From: Candidatus Poribacteria bacterium
GTDB lineage: Bacteria > Poribacteria > WGA-4E > WGA-3G
Reading direction: 5' to 3'
DNA length: 64,000 bases
NCBI GenBank assembly: GCA_965197475.1
Contig: CBDANF010000003.1
Span: forward strand, 1,664,001-1,728,000
This document shows, one piece after another, positions 19,959-30,101 of the stretch. The notes under the pieces are model-generated. The model did not search any database, was not told where the DNA came from, and saw only the letters and a list, made by a program, of their open reading frames with translations. The first letter of the stretch is position 1. Each line of letters starts with the position of its first letter. The translations under genes were made by a program, and so were the position numbers.

Positions 19959-20932
19959 CATGAAATACTTTCTACGATTTCTCTGTCTATGTCTGATTGT
20001 CCTTCCACTGACAATACATGCCGAACTTACAGGCAAAGTTATCTCTAGGTACCCAGGTAACCCTAACGAGTTATGGATTTCCGATGTGAATGACATAAGC
20101 AAGACACGTCGGATTTGTAAATTTAAACAAGAACATATAATTCGCCATCTATCTGTCCAAAAAAATGGTCCTTTTATAGTTGTCGCTGCTCATCAAGACG
20201 CTAATACTGAAAAACATGATGTTTCCTTGTTAATACAAATCAGCCTAATATAGCCGAGCGCAACCTAACAGATAAGCAATTTGATATCATGTCGGATGTT
20301 GCCATTTCCCAAAACGGAGATATTCTCTTTACAAACATTGCCAAATGGGATAATAAGCGAGGTCTCTATCTCATTCCAAAAAGTGAAATGCTGAAACCAT
20401 CGCCAATAGTCACACGTATAAAAGCAGCTGACATCCAAAGTACTGTCTGGTTACCGAATGGAGATCAGCTTGCTTACGATGCGACCTTTGGAGACGTTTT
20501 TCACCTCAATATTGCAACGGGAGAAGAATTCCGTGTTAGCGGAGGCGGAAATTATCCAGCTATTTCACCGGATGGTAAAAAAATCGCTATTGTTTTCAAG
20601 GCTTGGCATTTCACGGATGAAATTCGCGTTATCTCACTTGAAACCCTACGTCCCTTGAAAATTATAAAAGATTTTGTTCCGCACACAACCTTTAATGACC
20701 TCAAATGGTCACCTGATGGAAAGTATATTGTTTACTCAGTATTCGGTAGGTCTCTATTTAAAAAAGGGACTATACACCACAATATTGCAGTCCCGCTTGA
20801 TGGAGGTCCTCCTGAAAGAATATTGGACATGTTTGAACACGGGGTGGCAAAATTTGATTGGGCGAGCACAGCGGGATATGCCTTGAACCTACGAATCGAT
20901 TGACTACACTCTGGGGTAAACTGAAACAGTGA
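19959..20932 (+). pseudogene. TolB-like beta-propeller secreted protein, two frameshifts
   Basis: ORFs 19882..20253 and 20289..20903 join with one added T near 20223. A second added base near 20882 restores AVEPTNRLTTLWGKLKQ*. Paralog of the next gene. Confidence 0.8.
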
Positions 20933-20940
20933 GTATAGAT

Positions 20941-20970
20941 GTTGGGTTCCGCAAACTCTACCCAACCTAC
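20941..20970 (-). repeat. GTAG-type REP palindrome
   Basis: Reverse complement GTAGGTTGGGTAGAGTTTGCGGAACCCAAC. A related copy lies inside MITE-A. Confidence 0.7.
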
Positions 20971-21094
20971 ACGGTTGCTAAACCAAGATTAGCAAAGTTA
21001 TTGGATTTCTAAGATTATACATATCTTGGGCGGAAATTCATAACCCTAAAAATCTTGAAATCTTGTGAATCCTGGTTCAGACAAAGGAGTTATC

Positions 21095-22154
21095 ATGAAA
21101 TATTTACTCAAATATCTCTATTTTTGTATCGTTTTTCTCCTGCCACTCGCAACACATGCCGAACTTACAGGTGAAGTTATCTTTAGACATCCGGATAATC
21201 CCAACGAATTGTGGATTACCGACGTAGAAAACACAGGCAATGCACGTTTGTTGTTTACACAGAAACACCCGATTCACAAACTGTCTGTCCAAAAAAATGG
21301 CACCTTCATCGTCACTATTGCCAAGAGCGATGATCCGACTTTTCCATTTGACGTTTACCTTGTTGATAGAAGTAAGGTGCCTGCACAAGAAAACAACTTA
21401 ACACATAAACTATTTACTGAGATACTTGATGTCAAGATCTCAAAATACGGAGATATTTTTTTCACAAACAATCAGATAAGGACAGACATGAGCAAAGGGC
21501 CGCCACCAGCGAGCGGCATCTACCACATTCCAAATTATGATTTAAAGAATTTTTTTCAACCTAAACAAACAGTAATTGTCGTACCTGGACCTGCTCCTGA
21601 TATAGTGGTAACGGTACAAAATCACTGGTTGCTAAAAGGAGTTGAAACGTCTCGTATCGCTCTGTCGCCAAACAGACATCAAATTGCTTATGATACCGAA
21701 AGAAGGCGTATTTCTCTTCAATCTCAATACTGGAGAGGTTGTCCAAATCAGTCGAGGTGGGAGTTTTCCTGCTTTTTCACCGGATGGCAAAAAATTCGCT
21801 TATGTTTATAGGCATTTTGGAATCGCGCATGAAATTGAAATTTACTCAACTGAGACCCTACGTTTCCTGGGGAACATTAGAAGAAGAATTATAGGTCACC
21901 AGCAATTCTTAGACTTTAAATTTTCTCCTGATGGGAAATATTTAGTTTACACAACATACGGCGGAGATTTTTTTAATCCGAATACTTCCTTTAACAATTA
22001 TGCAATTTCACTTGATGGAGAAGAGCAGTTTAAGATTTTGGATGGTATATTTGAAAATGGTGTGCCAATGTTTGATTGGACAACGAGCGAAGTGCCTTAC
22101 GCCGTTGAACCTACGAACAGATTGACCACCCTATGGGGAAAACTGAAACAGTAA
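21095..22154 (+). pseudogene. TolB-like beta-propeller secreted protein, one frameshift
   Basis: ORFs 21065..21811 and 21642..22154 join by removing one A near 21700 (YDTEEGVFLFNL). PAFSPDG repeats and the C-terminal TTLWGKLK motif. Confidence 0.8.
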
Positions 22155-22229
22155 GTCGTAGGTTAGGTACGGAATGTAATCAATTTTACAGCAAACTTTG
22201 GTGGCACCTCAACAGTCTCTTTCATATCC

Positions 22230-23252
22230 TTACGCATTCCACTCCAAGACAACACCTGTATAAATATCAGATTCGTTAAGGAGTCCATCGTAAGCCTGCT
22301 TAATTTGCTCAGGTTTGAGGCGATGTGAGATTAATGGTTCCACGTGCAACTGCCCGCGTGCCATCCAGTCAAAAATAGTCTGCTGTTTGCTGTGCTGTGA
22401 GGTGCGATTCCCGATATCTGGATACATCGGAACACACCATTCCAAAGCACCACGGATAGTTATCCATCGTAGATGCGTGTCGGAAAGAAGTTCTGTTAAA
22501 TCACCTGTGACAGAAACGCGTGGTGAACCGAGGATGACGAGTTGTCCATGGTTTGCGGTTGCGCGGAGAACCTGCATTACAACACTGCTATGTCCAACAG
22601 CATCAACTGTGATATTGCCCATTTCTCCGTTGGTAATGTCTTGAATCTGTGCTTGGACTTCGTCAGCATCCCTGCCGATAGTATGTGTGATGCCACATTG
22701 TTCTGCTAATTTCCGTCTTTTTTCTACAGGGTCTACACCGATAACACGACACCCGTGAATTTGGAACATCTGTGATGTGAGATTGCCAACAAGCCCTAAC
22801 CCGAAGACGATGACGCGTGGGTTCGTGCCGATGTCAGTGACAATAATTGCAGTCATCGCAACGCCTGCCATCCGAGATGCAGCCACAACACCAGGGTCCA
22901 TTGATTCTCTGACAGGAACAATAAGTGTGTCGTGTGAATACCGAATTGTTGAAGCATGTCGCCCATAAGTAAAGACACGGTCTCCTTGCACTGCGCGGGT
23001 AACGCTTGCCCCGACCTCCCGTACAACCCCGACATTCGCGTAGCCGGAACGCCACGGGTAAGCACACCAAGCTCCTTTCTGAAAAACTTTCGGTTCTCTA
23101 CCAGTATAGTTTGCGAGTTCAGTGCCGCTGCTAATGAATGTATATTCTGTATCTATTAACACTTCGTTAGGTGAGAGCTTTGAATCGTCTATTTTAGTAG
23201 TTTGCAGTTCTACTTGATTCTGCCCAGTTACAACAACCTCTCTAATTTTCAT
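22230..23252 (-). CDS. Zinc-binding alcohol dehydrogenase (MDR) family protein
   Basis: ISSGTE, SGYANVG and VFGLGLVG motifs. Confidence 0.85.
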   Translation of the reverse strand: MKIREVVVTGQNQVELQTTKIDDSKLSPNEVLIDTEYTFISSGTELANYTGREPKVFQKGAWCAYPWRSGYANVGVVREVGASVTRAVQGDRVFTYGRHASTIRYSHDTLIVPVRESMDPGVVAASRMAGVAMTAIIVTDIGTNPRVIVFGLGLVGNLTSQMFQIHGCRVIGVDPVEKRRKLAEQCGITHTIGRDADEVQAQIQDITNGEMGNITVDAVGHSSVVMQVLRATANHGQLVILGSPRVSVTGDLTELLSDTHLRWITIRGALEWCVPMYPDIGNRTSQHSKQQTIFDWMARGQLHVEPLISHRLKPEQIKQAYDGLLNESDIYTGVVLEWNA

Positions 23253-23577
23253 CTGAGATTCCTTCAGCTAATTCTTTCTGTTTGATTTCACGAATGAGTG
23301 CCTTCATCTGATTATATCTAAAAAGTCCGACAAAAAAAGTAAGGGTACCGATTAACATAAAAATTCCGCCAATTGCGCCATCAGCCATAGGGGCACTTAC
23401 AATTTTAAAATGTACGAAAGATAATCCTGCAACGAATAGTGTTAAAGCCGTTCGGATATAGGCGAGGAAGGTTCGCTCATTGGCAAGTATAGTTCGGTCA
23501 GCAGCAAGATGGTCACGCAGAATGAGTTGACCTTTGATACTCTGATAGGGGGTTTCTTTTTCTAACATTTGGTTCAA
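23242..23577 (-). CDS. DUF202 (YidH-like) membrane protein
   Basis: RDHLAADRTILANERTFLAYIRT. Confidence 0.9.
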   Translation of the reverse strand: MNQMLEKETPYQSIKGQLILRDHLAADRTILANERTFLAYIRTALTLFVAGLSFVHFKIVSAPMADGAIGGIFMLIGTLTFFVGLFRYNQMKALIREIKQKELAEGISDEN

Positions 23578-23594
23578 TTCGCTCCTTCCCTAAA

Positions 23595-23919
23595 TCAGAT
23601 AAAAATGAATATGCCTATGATCCAACCACAAAGTATATTCATAAATCGCAACCTTTTGACTATTTTTCGGTATTGATCGGTATAGAGAGCCGGATGTTGC
23701 AAGTAGACCTCTACTCGCTCAGATGTAGACAAATCAATTTTCGGTATTAAGAGACATACAAAAAAATTTGCCATACCGAGTGCTAAAACATTGATAACGG
23801 GTAGAAAACTCAGGCATATTCCTAAAGTTCTCCAACGCCACCTTGAGACATTTCTTTGAGCATCAGCTTTAGCAATGCTGATGAGCAATGCTGAACATGT
23901 CCCAATTGTGTTTGCCATG
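23595..23919 (-). CDS. Hypothetical membrane protein
   Basis: 3' part of ORF 23595..24038. The upstream part overlaps the PhyH gene, so the start is placed at MANTIG. Confidence 0.45.
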
Positions 23920-23937
23920 CGTATTATCTTCGCCCCA

Positions 23938-24681
23938 TCAACCTTCGTAGCGAAGATTTTTGCCGTTGTCAGGTCCACCTTGTCCCCACACCCAGACGTT
24001 GCGGAAATATGCTTGTTTTTCAGGTGGTAATCCGTCAATTATGTGTTTTGGCACTGTAGGTTTATGAAATTGACATCCAACAAAATTATAGCAATTGAAG
24101 ACAGCGATTCGGGGGCGATCAGGATTTTTCCACGTATCACCAGAATGACAAAGATTCTCTGTGAAGATAATCGCGGAACCGGGAGGGCAACTATACGTCT
24201 CAAAAAGTGGGGAATCAACTGTGCGATGTGTCTCTGGAATTTGGAAGTTGGCTTTGTGGCTTCCGGGTAGAAAGAGGGTCCCGCCTTCACCTGCTTTGAC
24301 TTCGTTCAGTTCAAAGACAACCCGTGTTAAGGCTGAGTATATCTTTCCGCCTTGACACTGGTAGCTAAAGTTAGGGTTAACGTTTCTCACACCCCCGTGT
24401 GGCAGCGGTCCACCGTTTCCCACAGAACGGTAGGTGAACCAACTTGACTCCATCCGAATTTCTCCCAAAATTTCCTTGAGAATATCAACTATCACAGGGT
24501 GGTCAATCAACAAAGAGGATGCGCCACCTGGAAATTGTCGTTCGTGTGGCGGTAACGCTTCAGCGTTGGTACGGATAGTGTCAACTTGGAATTTAATATC
24601 GGCTACTTCTGAGGGTGTCAGCATTTCTGGAATTAATAGATACCCTTTTAGGTCAAAAATAAATTTCTGTTCTTCAGTCAT
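23938..24681 (-). CDS. Phytanoyl-CoA dioxygenase (PhyH) family protein
   Basis: EQKFIFDLKGYL, LPHGG, LPGSHKANF and FTENLCH motifs. Confidence 0.85.
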   Translation of the reverse strand: MTEEQKFIFDLKGYLLIPEMLTPSEVADIKFQVDTIRTNAEALPPHERQFPGGASSLLIDHPVIVDILKEILGEIRMESSWFTYRSVGNGGPLPHGGVRNVNPNFSYQCQGGKIYSALTRVVFELNEVKAGEGGTLFLPGSHKANFQIPETHRTVDSPLFETYSCPPGSAIIFTENLCHSGDTWKNPDRPRIAVFNCYNFVGCQFHKPTVPKHIIDGLPPEKQAYFRNVWVWGQGGPDNGKNLRYEG

Positions 24682-24907
24682 AATAGGATTCCATTCCGTA
24701 AACTATATTTAGGTTATATGGCAGATTGTAACAGAATTCTGTTTTATAGTAAAGTATAAAATACGTACAGATTTAAATGCCCGTTTCTTGACATCAACGC
24801 ATAGATATGCTATACTAACAAAACAGATTTTAAGGGATGCTTGCAAATCTAATATTGCGAGTTTACAAACAACCTAATTTAAAATAAAAGAAATGGAGTG
24901 CTAATTT

Positions 24908-25498
24908 ATGGATTTCAAACAAGCATTAGACAGCAAAATTTCCAATTCTAATTTGCTTGATCATCCGTTCTATCAAGCGTGGAGTGCCGGCGAATTACCT
25001 GTTGAAGCTTTGAAATGTTATGCGCGTGAGTATGGTGCCTTTATCTCAACACTACCCAAGGGTTGGGAGACATTGAACGATTCTGAGACTGCAGAAGAGG
25101 AAACAGAACACATTGAGATGTGGGCTGATTTCGCAGATGGTCTTAACACTTCGGTTTCGGAAGCAGAGATTCCAGAGGTGAAAACTCTGTTGGAAATGGC
25201 TGAAAAACTTTTTTCTCAAAGTGAAACAGCATTAGGTGCCCTCTACGCTTTTGAAGCACAGCAACCGGAAACTGCGAAGTCAAAATTGGCTGGTTTGAAG
25301 AAGTTCTATCAACTTCCCGAAACGGTGGAACCGTATTTTGAGACGCATTCCCATAATGAACATGAAGCGGAAAAGCTACTTGCGCGAATCGGCGAATTAC
25401 CATCGGATTCTCAGCAAACTGTCGTGCAGGCTTGTGAGCAGATGAGCAGTGCTTTGTGGGATGCGCTCACAGGAATTCATGATGCCAAATGCGCATGA
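24908..25498 (+). CDS. CADD/PqqC-like heme-oxygenase-like diiron protein
   Basis: LLDHPFYQAWSAGEL..LKCYAREY, EEETEHIEMW and YAFEAQQPETAKSK motifs. Confidence 0.8.
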   Translation: MDFKQALDSKISNSNLLDHPFYQAWSAGELPVEALKCYAREYGAFISTLPKGWETLNDSETAEEETEHIEMWADFADGLNTSVSEAEIPEVKTLLEMAEKLFSQSETALGALYAFEAQQPETAKSKLAGLKKFYQLPETVEPYFETHSHNEHEAEKLLARIGELPSDSQQTVVQACEQMSSALWDALTGIHDAKCA

Positions 25499-25868
25499 TA
25501 CGGTGAAAGCATATTTTGACGCGCTTATTGCCAGAGATGCTGGAACCCTTATTGCGATGATGCTTCCTACTGCACACTATGTGAAGATAGGCACGGATGC
25601 AGGTGAAGTTATTAAAGGTGAGGCAGGAATTGCAGCTTATTACCAAAATCATGTCGCGAGTACTGAGGATTTCAGCATCACATTCATCAACCTTGATGTG
25701 CAAGAACGCGGTGATGTAGCGTGGTTTTATACACAACAAGTCTGGAAGCTTAAATGGCAAGGAACTTCGGAAGAATTTGTGATGCGGATGACAGGTGTTT
25801 TGGAGAGAATTGACGGGTTGTGGAAGTTTGCACAAATACATGCCTCAATCGGTGTTCCTACATATTAG
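25488..25868 (+). CDS. SnoaL/NTF2-like protein
   Basis: IGTDAGE and RMTGVLERIDGLWKFAQIHAS motifs. Start approximate. Confidence 0.8.
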   Translation, partial: NAHDTVKAYFDALIARDAGTLIAMMLPTAHYVKIGTDAGEVIKGEAGIAAYYQNHVASTEDFSITFINLDVQERGDVAWFYTQQVWKLKWQGTSEEFVMRMTGVLERIDGLWKFAQIHASIGVPTY

Positions 25869-25886
25869 TGTTTAGAGGAGAGGTTC

Positions 25887-26603
25887 TTGAAAATTTCGGT
25901 TGTCTCTTTTGATGGCGACATGACCTTATGGGATTTTCGGAAGGTTATGCGTCATGCGCTCAAGCACGCATTGATGGAGCTGCAGAGACAGATTCCAACC
26001 CCGCGTATTTTAGACCTTACAATTGACGAGATGATTGTGATTCGGAATCAATTTGCTGAAGAGGTAAAAGGCAAAGTCTGGAACCTTGAAGAAATCAGGC
26101 GGGGCGCGTTTGAACGGACACTTGAACATGTCGGATGTCCAGATAAAAACCTTGCTGCACACCTGAATGCAGTATATCTGAAGCACCGTTTTGAAGATAT
26201 AGAGTTGTATCCTGATGTTATACCTACCCTTGATGTTTTGACACCACATTTCAAGTTAGGGTTACTCTCAAATGGAAACACTTATCCAGAACGCTGCGGA
26301 CTCAAAGACCGCTTCGCCTTTGTTGTCTTTTCCCAAGATGTGCAGATTGAGAAACCAGATCGAAAAATCTTTGAAATAACTGCCCAGCGAGCAGGTTGTG
26401 AACTCGCGCAGCTGCTCCATGTAGGAGACTCACTTGAGAACGATGTTGCTGGGGCACAGAATGTTGGGGCACATGCAGTCTGGCTCAACCGAGAAGGGGT
26501 GTCAAACGACACAAAAACTCAACCTGATTATGAAATAGGTTCCTTGACTGTAATTCTCGCCATTTTAGGGTTGGAAGGAGAAAATTATGATTGCTCTTTC
26601 TGA
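25887..26603 (+). CDS. HAD-superfamily hydrolase
   Basis: FDGDMTL, LSNGN, EKPD and HVGDSLENDV motifs. Confidence 0.9.
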   Translation: MKISVVSFDGDMTLWDFRKVMRHALKHALMELQRQIPTPRILDLTIDEMIVIRNQFAEEVKGKVWNLEEIRRGAFERTLEHVGCPDKNLAAHLNAVYLKHRFEDIELYPDVIPTLDVLTPHFKLGLLSNGNTYPERCGLKDRFAFVVFSQDVQIEKPDRKIFEITAQRAGCELAQLLHVGDSLENDVAGAQNVGAHAVWLNREGVSNDTKTQPDYEIGSLTVILAILGLEGENYDCSF

Positions 26604-26865
26604 AGAAATTAGACAAGCAGTTCAGGATTCCAAGGACAACCTTGTACGCTTAGTGGACCCAGAAACTAATGTAGAATATGTTGTGTTACCTGCAGAAGCA
26701 TTCGCCCAGATGCAAGAGAAATTATACGATGACAGTCCGCTAACCGAAGAAGAACAGGATATTTTGCTTGTAGAACTAGGCCTTAGCATAGGTTGGGATG
26801 ATCCGGAGATGGACGTTTACAATGAACTTGATCCACGGAGGGACAATGAAGGTTCAACGCGGTGA
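26587..26865 (+). CDS. Putative antitoxin
   Basis: Small acidic protein ending WDDPEMDVY that overlaps the start of a PemK/MazF toxin gene. Confidence 0.65.
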   Translation: MIALSEEIRQAVQDSKDNLVRLVDPETNVEYVVLPAEAFAQMQEKLYDDSPLTEEEQDILLVELGLSIGWDDPEMDVYNELDPRRDNEGSTR

Positions 26866-26895
26866 CGTAATTCTTGTGGATTTTCCTTATAGTAA

Positions 26896-27225
26896 TACCA
26901 TATCTAATTGACAAAATATCATAATAGCTTGTTTTATACCATACACCTTTCGCACCGCTGGTGCTTGGTTTCTTGTGGTATACTTTTCTATACACCTTCC
27001 GCACCGCTGGTGCTGAGATACGATTGACTATAGCCTCGGAGAGGCAGCATGCGCGTATGGCATGCTGCATGAGGTGTCCAGCAGCTGATGTCTGTGTTTA
27101 CCAAGCCCAAGAGGGGCGACAGGTGTCCATTTTTTCCACCGCATAACACTAAAATTGACGCGTAAGGGTATCGCAAACTCTACCCGACGGACGAAATAAT
27201 GCAATACAATCTCTTAGAAATGGTA
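26896..27225. mobile_element. MITE-A (330 bp) with TAA target duplication
   Basis: Ends TACCATATCTAA / TTAGAAATGGTA. TAA at 26893-95 and 27226-28. Second copy at 59828-60104. Confidence 0.85.
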
Positions 27226-27228
27226 TAA

Positions 27229-27317
27229 TACCAAATTAACTTGATCCCACTCGGTAGGCGCGCTTTGTAAGCACGCAGTCTGCCCAGAAAAATAAGACTA
27301 ATCCCATTAATTTGGTA
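27229..27317. mobile_element. MITE-B (89 bp) with TAA target duplication
   Basis: Perfect 11-bp terminal inverted repeat TACCAAATTAA/TTAATTTGGTA. TAA at 27226-28 and 27318-20. Carries a REP. Confidence 0.85.
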
Positions 27318-27629
27318 TAACCACACGGAGAGTAAAACACGTCCAGCACTTGTTGTACAAGCGGATCCTTGGAATCAACGACTTGATGCCATAGTTCTCG
27401 CTGGTATCACTAGTAGCCGTCATCGGAGGGTCGGAGCACCCACGCAGTATTTTATTGATATTTCAACAACTGAAGGAGAACAACAGGACTTCGTCTTGAT
27501 TCAGTTGTTCAATGTGAAAAGTTAATCACCTTCAGTCAAAGTCGAATCCTGCGCGTTATCGGTAGGCTTTCCGATTCTGCGATGCAGCAGATAGATGTTT
27601 GCCTGAAATCCGCATTAGGCATTCACTAA

Positions 27630-28679
27630 GTGGAATATCAATCCATGGGTAAACAGGTGATGCCAAAACACAACTACTACAGAATTTTGAATGTTTCCCG
27701 CGATGCCTCTGCAGATAAGATTAAGAAAGCTTACCGACAACTCGCGCTAAAATATCATCCTGATAAAAATTCTGGTGATAAAGCAGCTGCTGCAAAATTC
27801 CAAGAGGTGACGAAAGCCTACGAGGTGTTGTCTGATAATGTGCAACGGCAACGTTACGACCGAAATCACTCGTCCAAACCAGGGCACTATGTAAATTACA
27901 ACGTAGTTTTTGGGAATGATGGTGCTGAAATGGTATTGATTCCCGCTGGGGGATTTCTGATGGGAAGCAGCACCGGAGAGGCGGACGAAAGTCCTATGCA
28001 TTCTGTCTACATCGACGATTTCTACATGGACAGATATACTGTGACAAATGTGCAGTATAAAACCTTTGTTGATGATAACCCGCAGTGGTGTAAGGATAGA
28101 ATCCTAAGAGAATATCATGATGGGAATTATTTAAAACTCTGGAATGACGAGAATTATCCAATTGGGAAAGGGAACCACCCTGTGGTTTCAGTTAGTTGGT
28201 ATGCGGCGATGGCTTACGCGCAATGGGCGAGGAAGCGGTTGCCGACTGAGGCAGAATGGGAAAAAGCGGCACGTGGCGGATTAGTAGGAAAAACCTATCC
28301 GTGGGGAGATTCAATTGATAGTAGTAAGGCAAACTACGGCAACCGTTGGGATGGACGAATCGCCACAATTCGCTTGACACCGGTTGGAAGTTATCCTCCG
28401 AACGGATACGGTTTATGTGATATGGTCGGCAATGTGCGTGAATGGTGTCTTGACGCTTATCAATCAGATTTTTATAAGCATTCGCCACGCCACAATCCGA
28501 TTGCTGGTACTAGCATCAAAGAAGTTCTCACTAATTTTACGACAGTAAAAAATTCTCGAGTGTTTCGCGGAGGGACATGGTATTTTTCACCGAAATCCTT
28601 ACGGGTTACGTATCGGTTGAGAGACATCCCCTCTTTTGCTGTTACCAGTGTTGGGTTTCGATGCGTGAAAAAGGAGTAA
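27630..28679 (+). CDS. J-domain (DnaJ) fused to an FGE-sulfatase/SUMF1 domain
   Basis: NYYRIL...KYHPDKN J-domain, then [28 protein letters not shown] and RGG.W...GFRC. Start may be MPKHN. Confidence 0.9.
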   Translation: MEYQSMGKQVMPKHNYYRILNVSRDASADKIKKAYRQLALKYHPDKNSGDKAAAAKFQEVTKAYEVLSDNVQRQRYDRNHSSKPGHYVNYNVVFGNDGAEMVLIPAGGFLMGSSTGEADESPMHSVYIDDFYMDRYTVTNVQYKTFVDDNPQWCKDRILREYHDGNYLKLWNDENYPIGKGNHPVVSVSWYAAMAYAQWARKRLPTEAEWEKAARGGLVGKTYPWGDSIDSSKANYGNRWDGRIATIRLTPVGSYPPNGYGLCDMVGNVREWCLDAYQSDFYKHSPRHNPIAGTSIKEVLTNFTTVKNSRVFRGGTWYFSPKSLRVTYRLRDIPSFAVTSVGFRCVKKE

Positions 28680-28686
28680 TGTAATC

Positions 28687-29469
28687 ATGACCCCTGAACA
28701 ACGTTATCTTTTTGATGTTACTGGATATCTTCACCTGAAGAATGTTATTAACGGAGAAGAATTGAAAGCGGCTCAAGAAGCAGCGGATACCTACATCAAC
28801 GCTTCCCCCGAAGAACTTCCAGATGGATTTGACTCCAGCGGCAAACACCTTCCAAATGGTTTTGCGTTCTCCAAATCTCTGGAAGCACTCACAATGCATC
28901 CAGCGACTTGGCCCATCATCAAGGAACTGACCGAAAACAAGCCACAACTTGCTCGCGGCACAATGATCGCGGACCGAATTGGAGTGCCGGAGGGTGGAGA
29001 AGCGTTACGTCTACATTGTGCACGGGAAGATTATGGACGTGACAGAAACTGTTTTGAGAACCGAAACGGTAGAATCTATTGTGATGATTTCGTCGTTTTT
29101 CCTTACCTGACAGATGTGTATCCCGGTGATGGCGGGTTGTTGGTTGTACCCGGTTCTCACAAAGCTGAGTTCGATCGTCCCGAACACATCTTCAACAATG
29201 GAACGATTTCAGATGTCGATCAAATTCCACAAGGTGTTGAAAACATTACGCCAAAAGCGGGTGATGTGTTGATTATCTCTGAACTCTTGACGCATGGTGC
29301 GCTACCTTGGAAACCGAAAGATAGGTATCGTTGCTTCCTTGTTTTGCGGTACAGACCGCAAGGCCGTGGTGAAAGTCGTGTGTCTGAAGCGGTAAGAAAA
29401 CTGTTATCGCCGGAAACGTTGGAGTTAATTGCTCGTGCAGATAATACTCACACGAACAGAGATTGTTAA
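28687..29469 (+). CDS. Phytanoyl-CoA dioxygenase (PhyH) family protein, probable frameshift near the 3' end
   Basis: EQRYLFDVTGYL, VPGSHKAEF and LTHGALPW. An alternative frame continues EIVKKDVVRLT* to about 29494. Confidence 0.85.
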   Translation: MTPEQRYLFDVTGYLHLKNVINGEELKAAQEAADTYINASPEELPDGFDSSGKHLPNGFAFSKSLEALTMHPATWPIIKELTENKPQLARGTMIADRIGVPEGGEALRLHCAREDYGRDRNCFENRNGRIYCDDFVVFPYLTDVYPGDGGLLVVPGSHKAEFDRPEHIFNNGTISDVDQIPQGVENITPKAGDVLIISELLTHGALPWKPKDRYRCFLVLRYRPQGRGESRVSEAVRKLLSPETLELIARADNTHTNRDC

Positions 29470-29510
29470 AAAGGATGTTGTTAGGTTGACGTAAGAGAAG
29501 GATATGCCCT

Positions 29511-30101
29511 TCAAGACTCTGGATGAATTAACTTGTCAAAATAGATTTCAGACCTCTGTGGAATTTTCTTAAAATTCTTAGGGCGGTTATGCAATTTACC
29601 TGTGGAATGGAAAGGTTCAGTTCTTCGTCTGCTCTTGTTAAAGTTAATTTCTACAATGCTTACAAACCTGTACTCATAACTATTGAGGAATGCTTCCGAT
29701 TCCCAGAACGATTTTCCGATACATTTGCAATAACTTATAAAGCAGGATGCGCCTTTTAATTGTTGGACAATTTGCCATGCCTTTTTAGAATCGCTTTCTT
29801 GGGTTTCAATACAAATAATCCACTTTTTCTCATTCTCGTCGTTGGATACAATTACAAAATCAGCTCGCTTACGTTCTCCCTTTGTCCCATTAAAGATAGT
29901 AAGAGGTTCTTCAAAAATTTCCGCTCTGATAACAATGGAGTCATGTGGTACGCCTTTTATCTTTACGGTGGTACCAGATTCTGGATCCGTTAATTCTACA
30001 GAAGGTTTACCCTGTCCAGATTGTAACATAACTTGGACATCATTGTTGAGCATTTCCTGCAGTATTTGTATATCATTCACGAGTCTTACTTTTCTCCCCA
30101 C
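29511..30101 (-). CDS. Hypothetical protein with PD-(D/E)xK-like motif
   Basis: KRADFVIV...IICIETQ. Overlaps the end of the upstream ATPase gene. Confidence 0.65.
   Translation of the reverse strand: MGRKVRLVNDIQILQEMLNNDVQVMLQSGQGKPSVELTDPESGTTVKIKGVPHDSIVIRAEIFEEPLTIFNGTKGERKRADFVIVSNDENEKKWIICIETQESDSKKAWQIVQQLKGASCFISYCKCIGKSFWESEAFLNSYEYRFVSIVEINFNKSRRRTEPFHSTGKLHNRPKNFKKIPQRSEIYFDKLIHPES

Larger units (their letters stand above)
26846..27629 (+). pseudogene. mazF: PemK/MazF-family toxin interrupted by two MITEs, plus one frameshift
   Basis: Removing 26896-27320 gives MKVQRGDVILVDFPYSNHTESKTRPALVVQ...ITS...GLRLDSVVQCEKLIT...IGRLSDSAMQQIDVCLKSALGI. One base is missing near 27484. Confidence 0.85.

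Noticed and set aside
28555-28679. FGE-domain C-termini (also near 31600-31710) as DGR variable regions
   Set aside because: The fold is a known DGR target, but no template repeat or reverse transcriptase is visible and the codons do not consistently fit AAY-derived variation.
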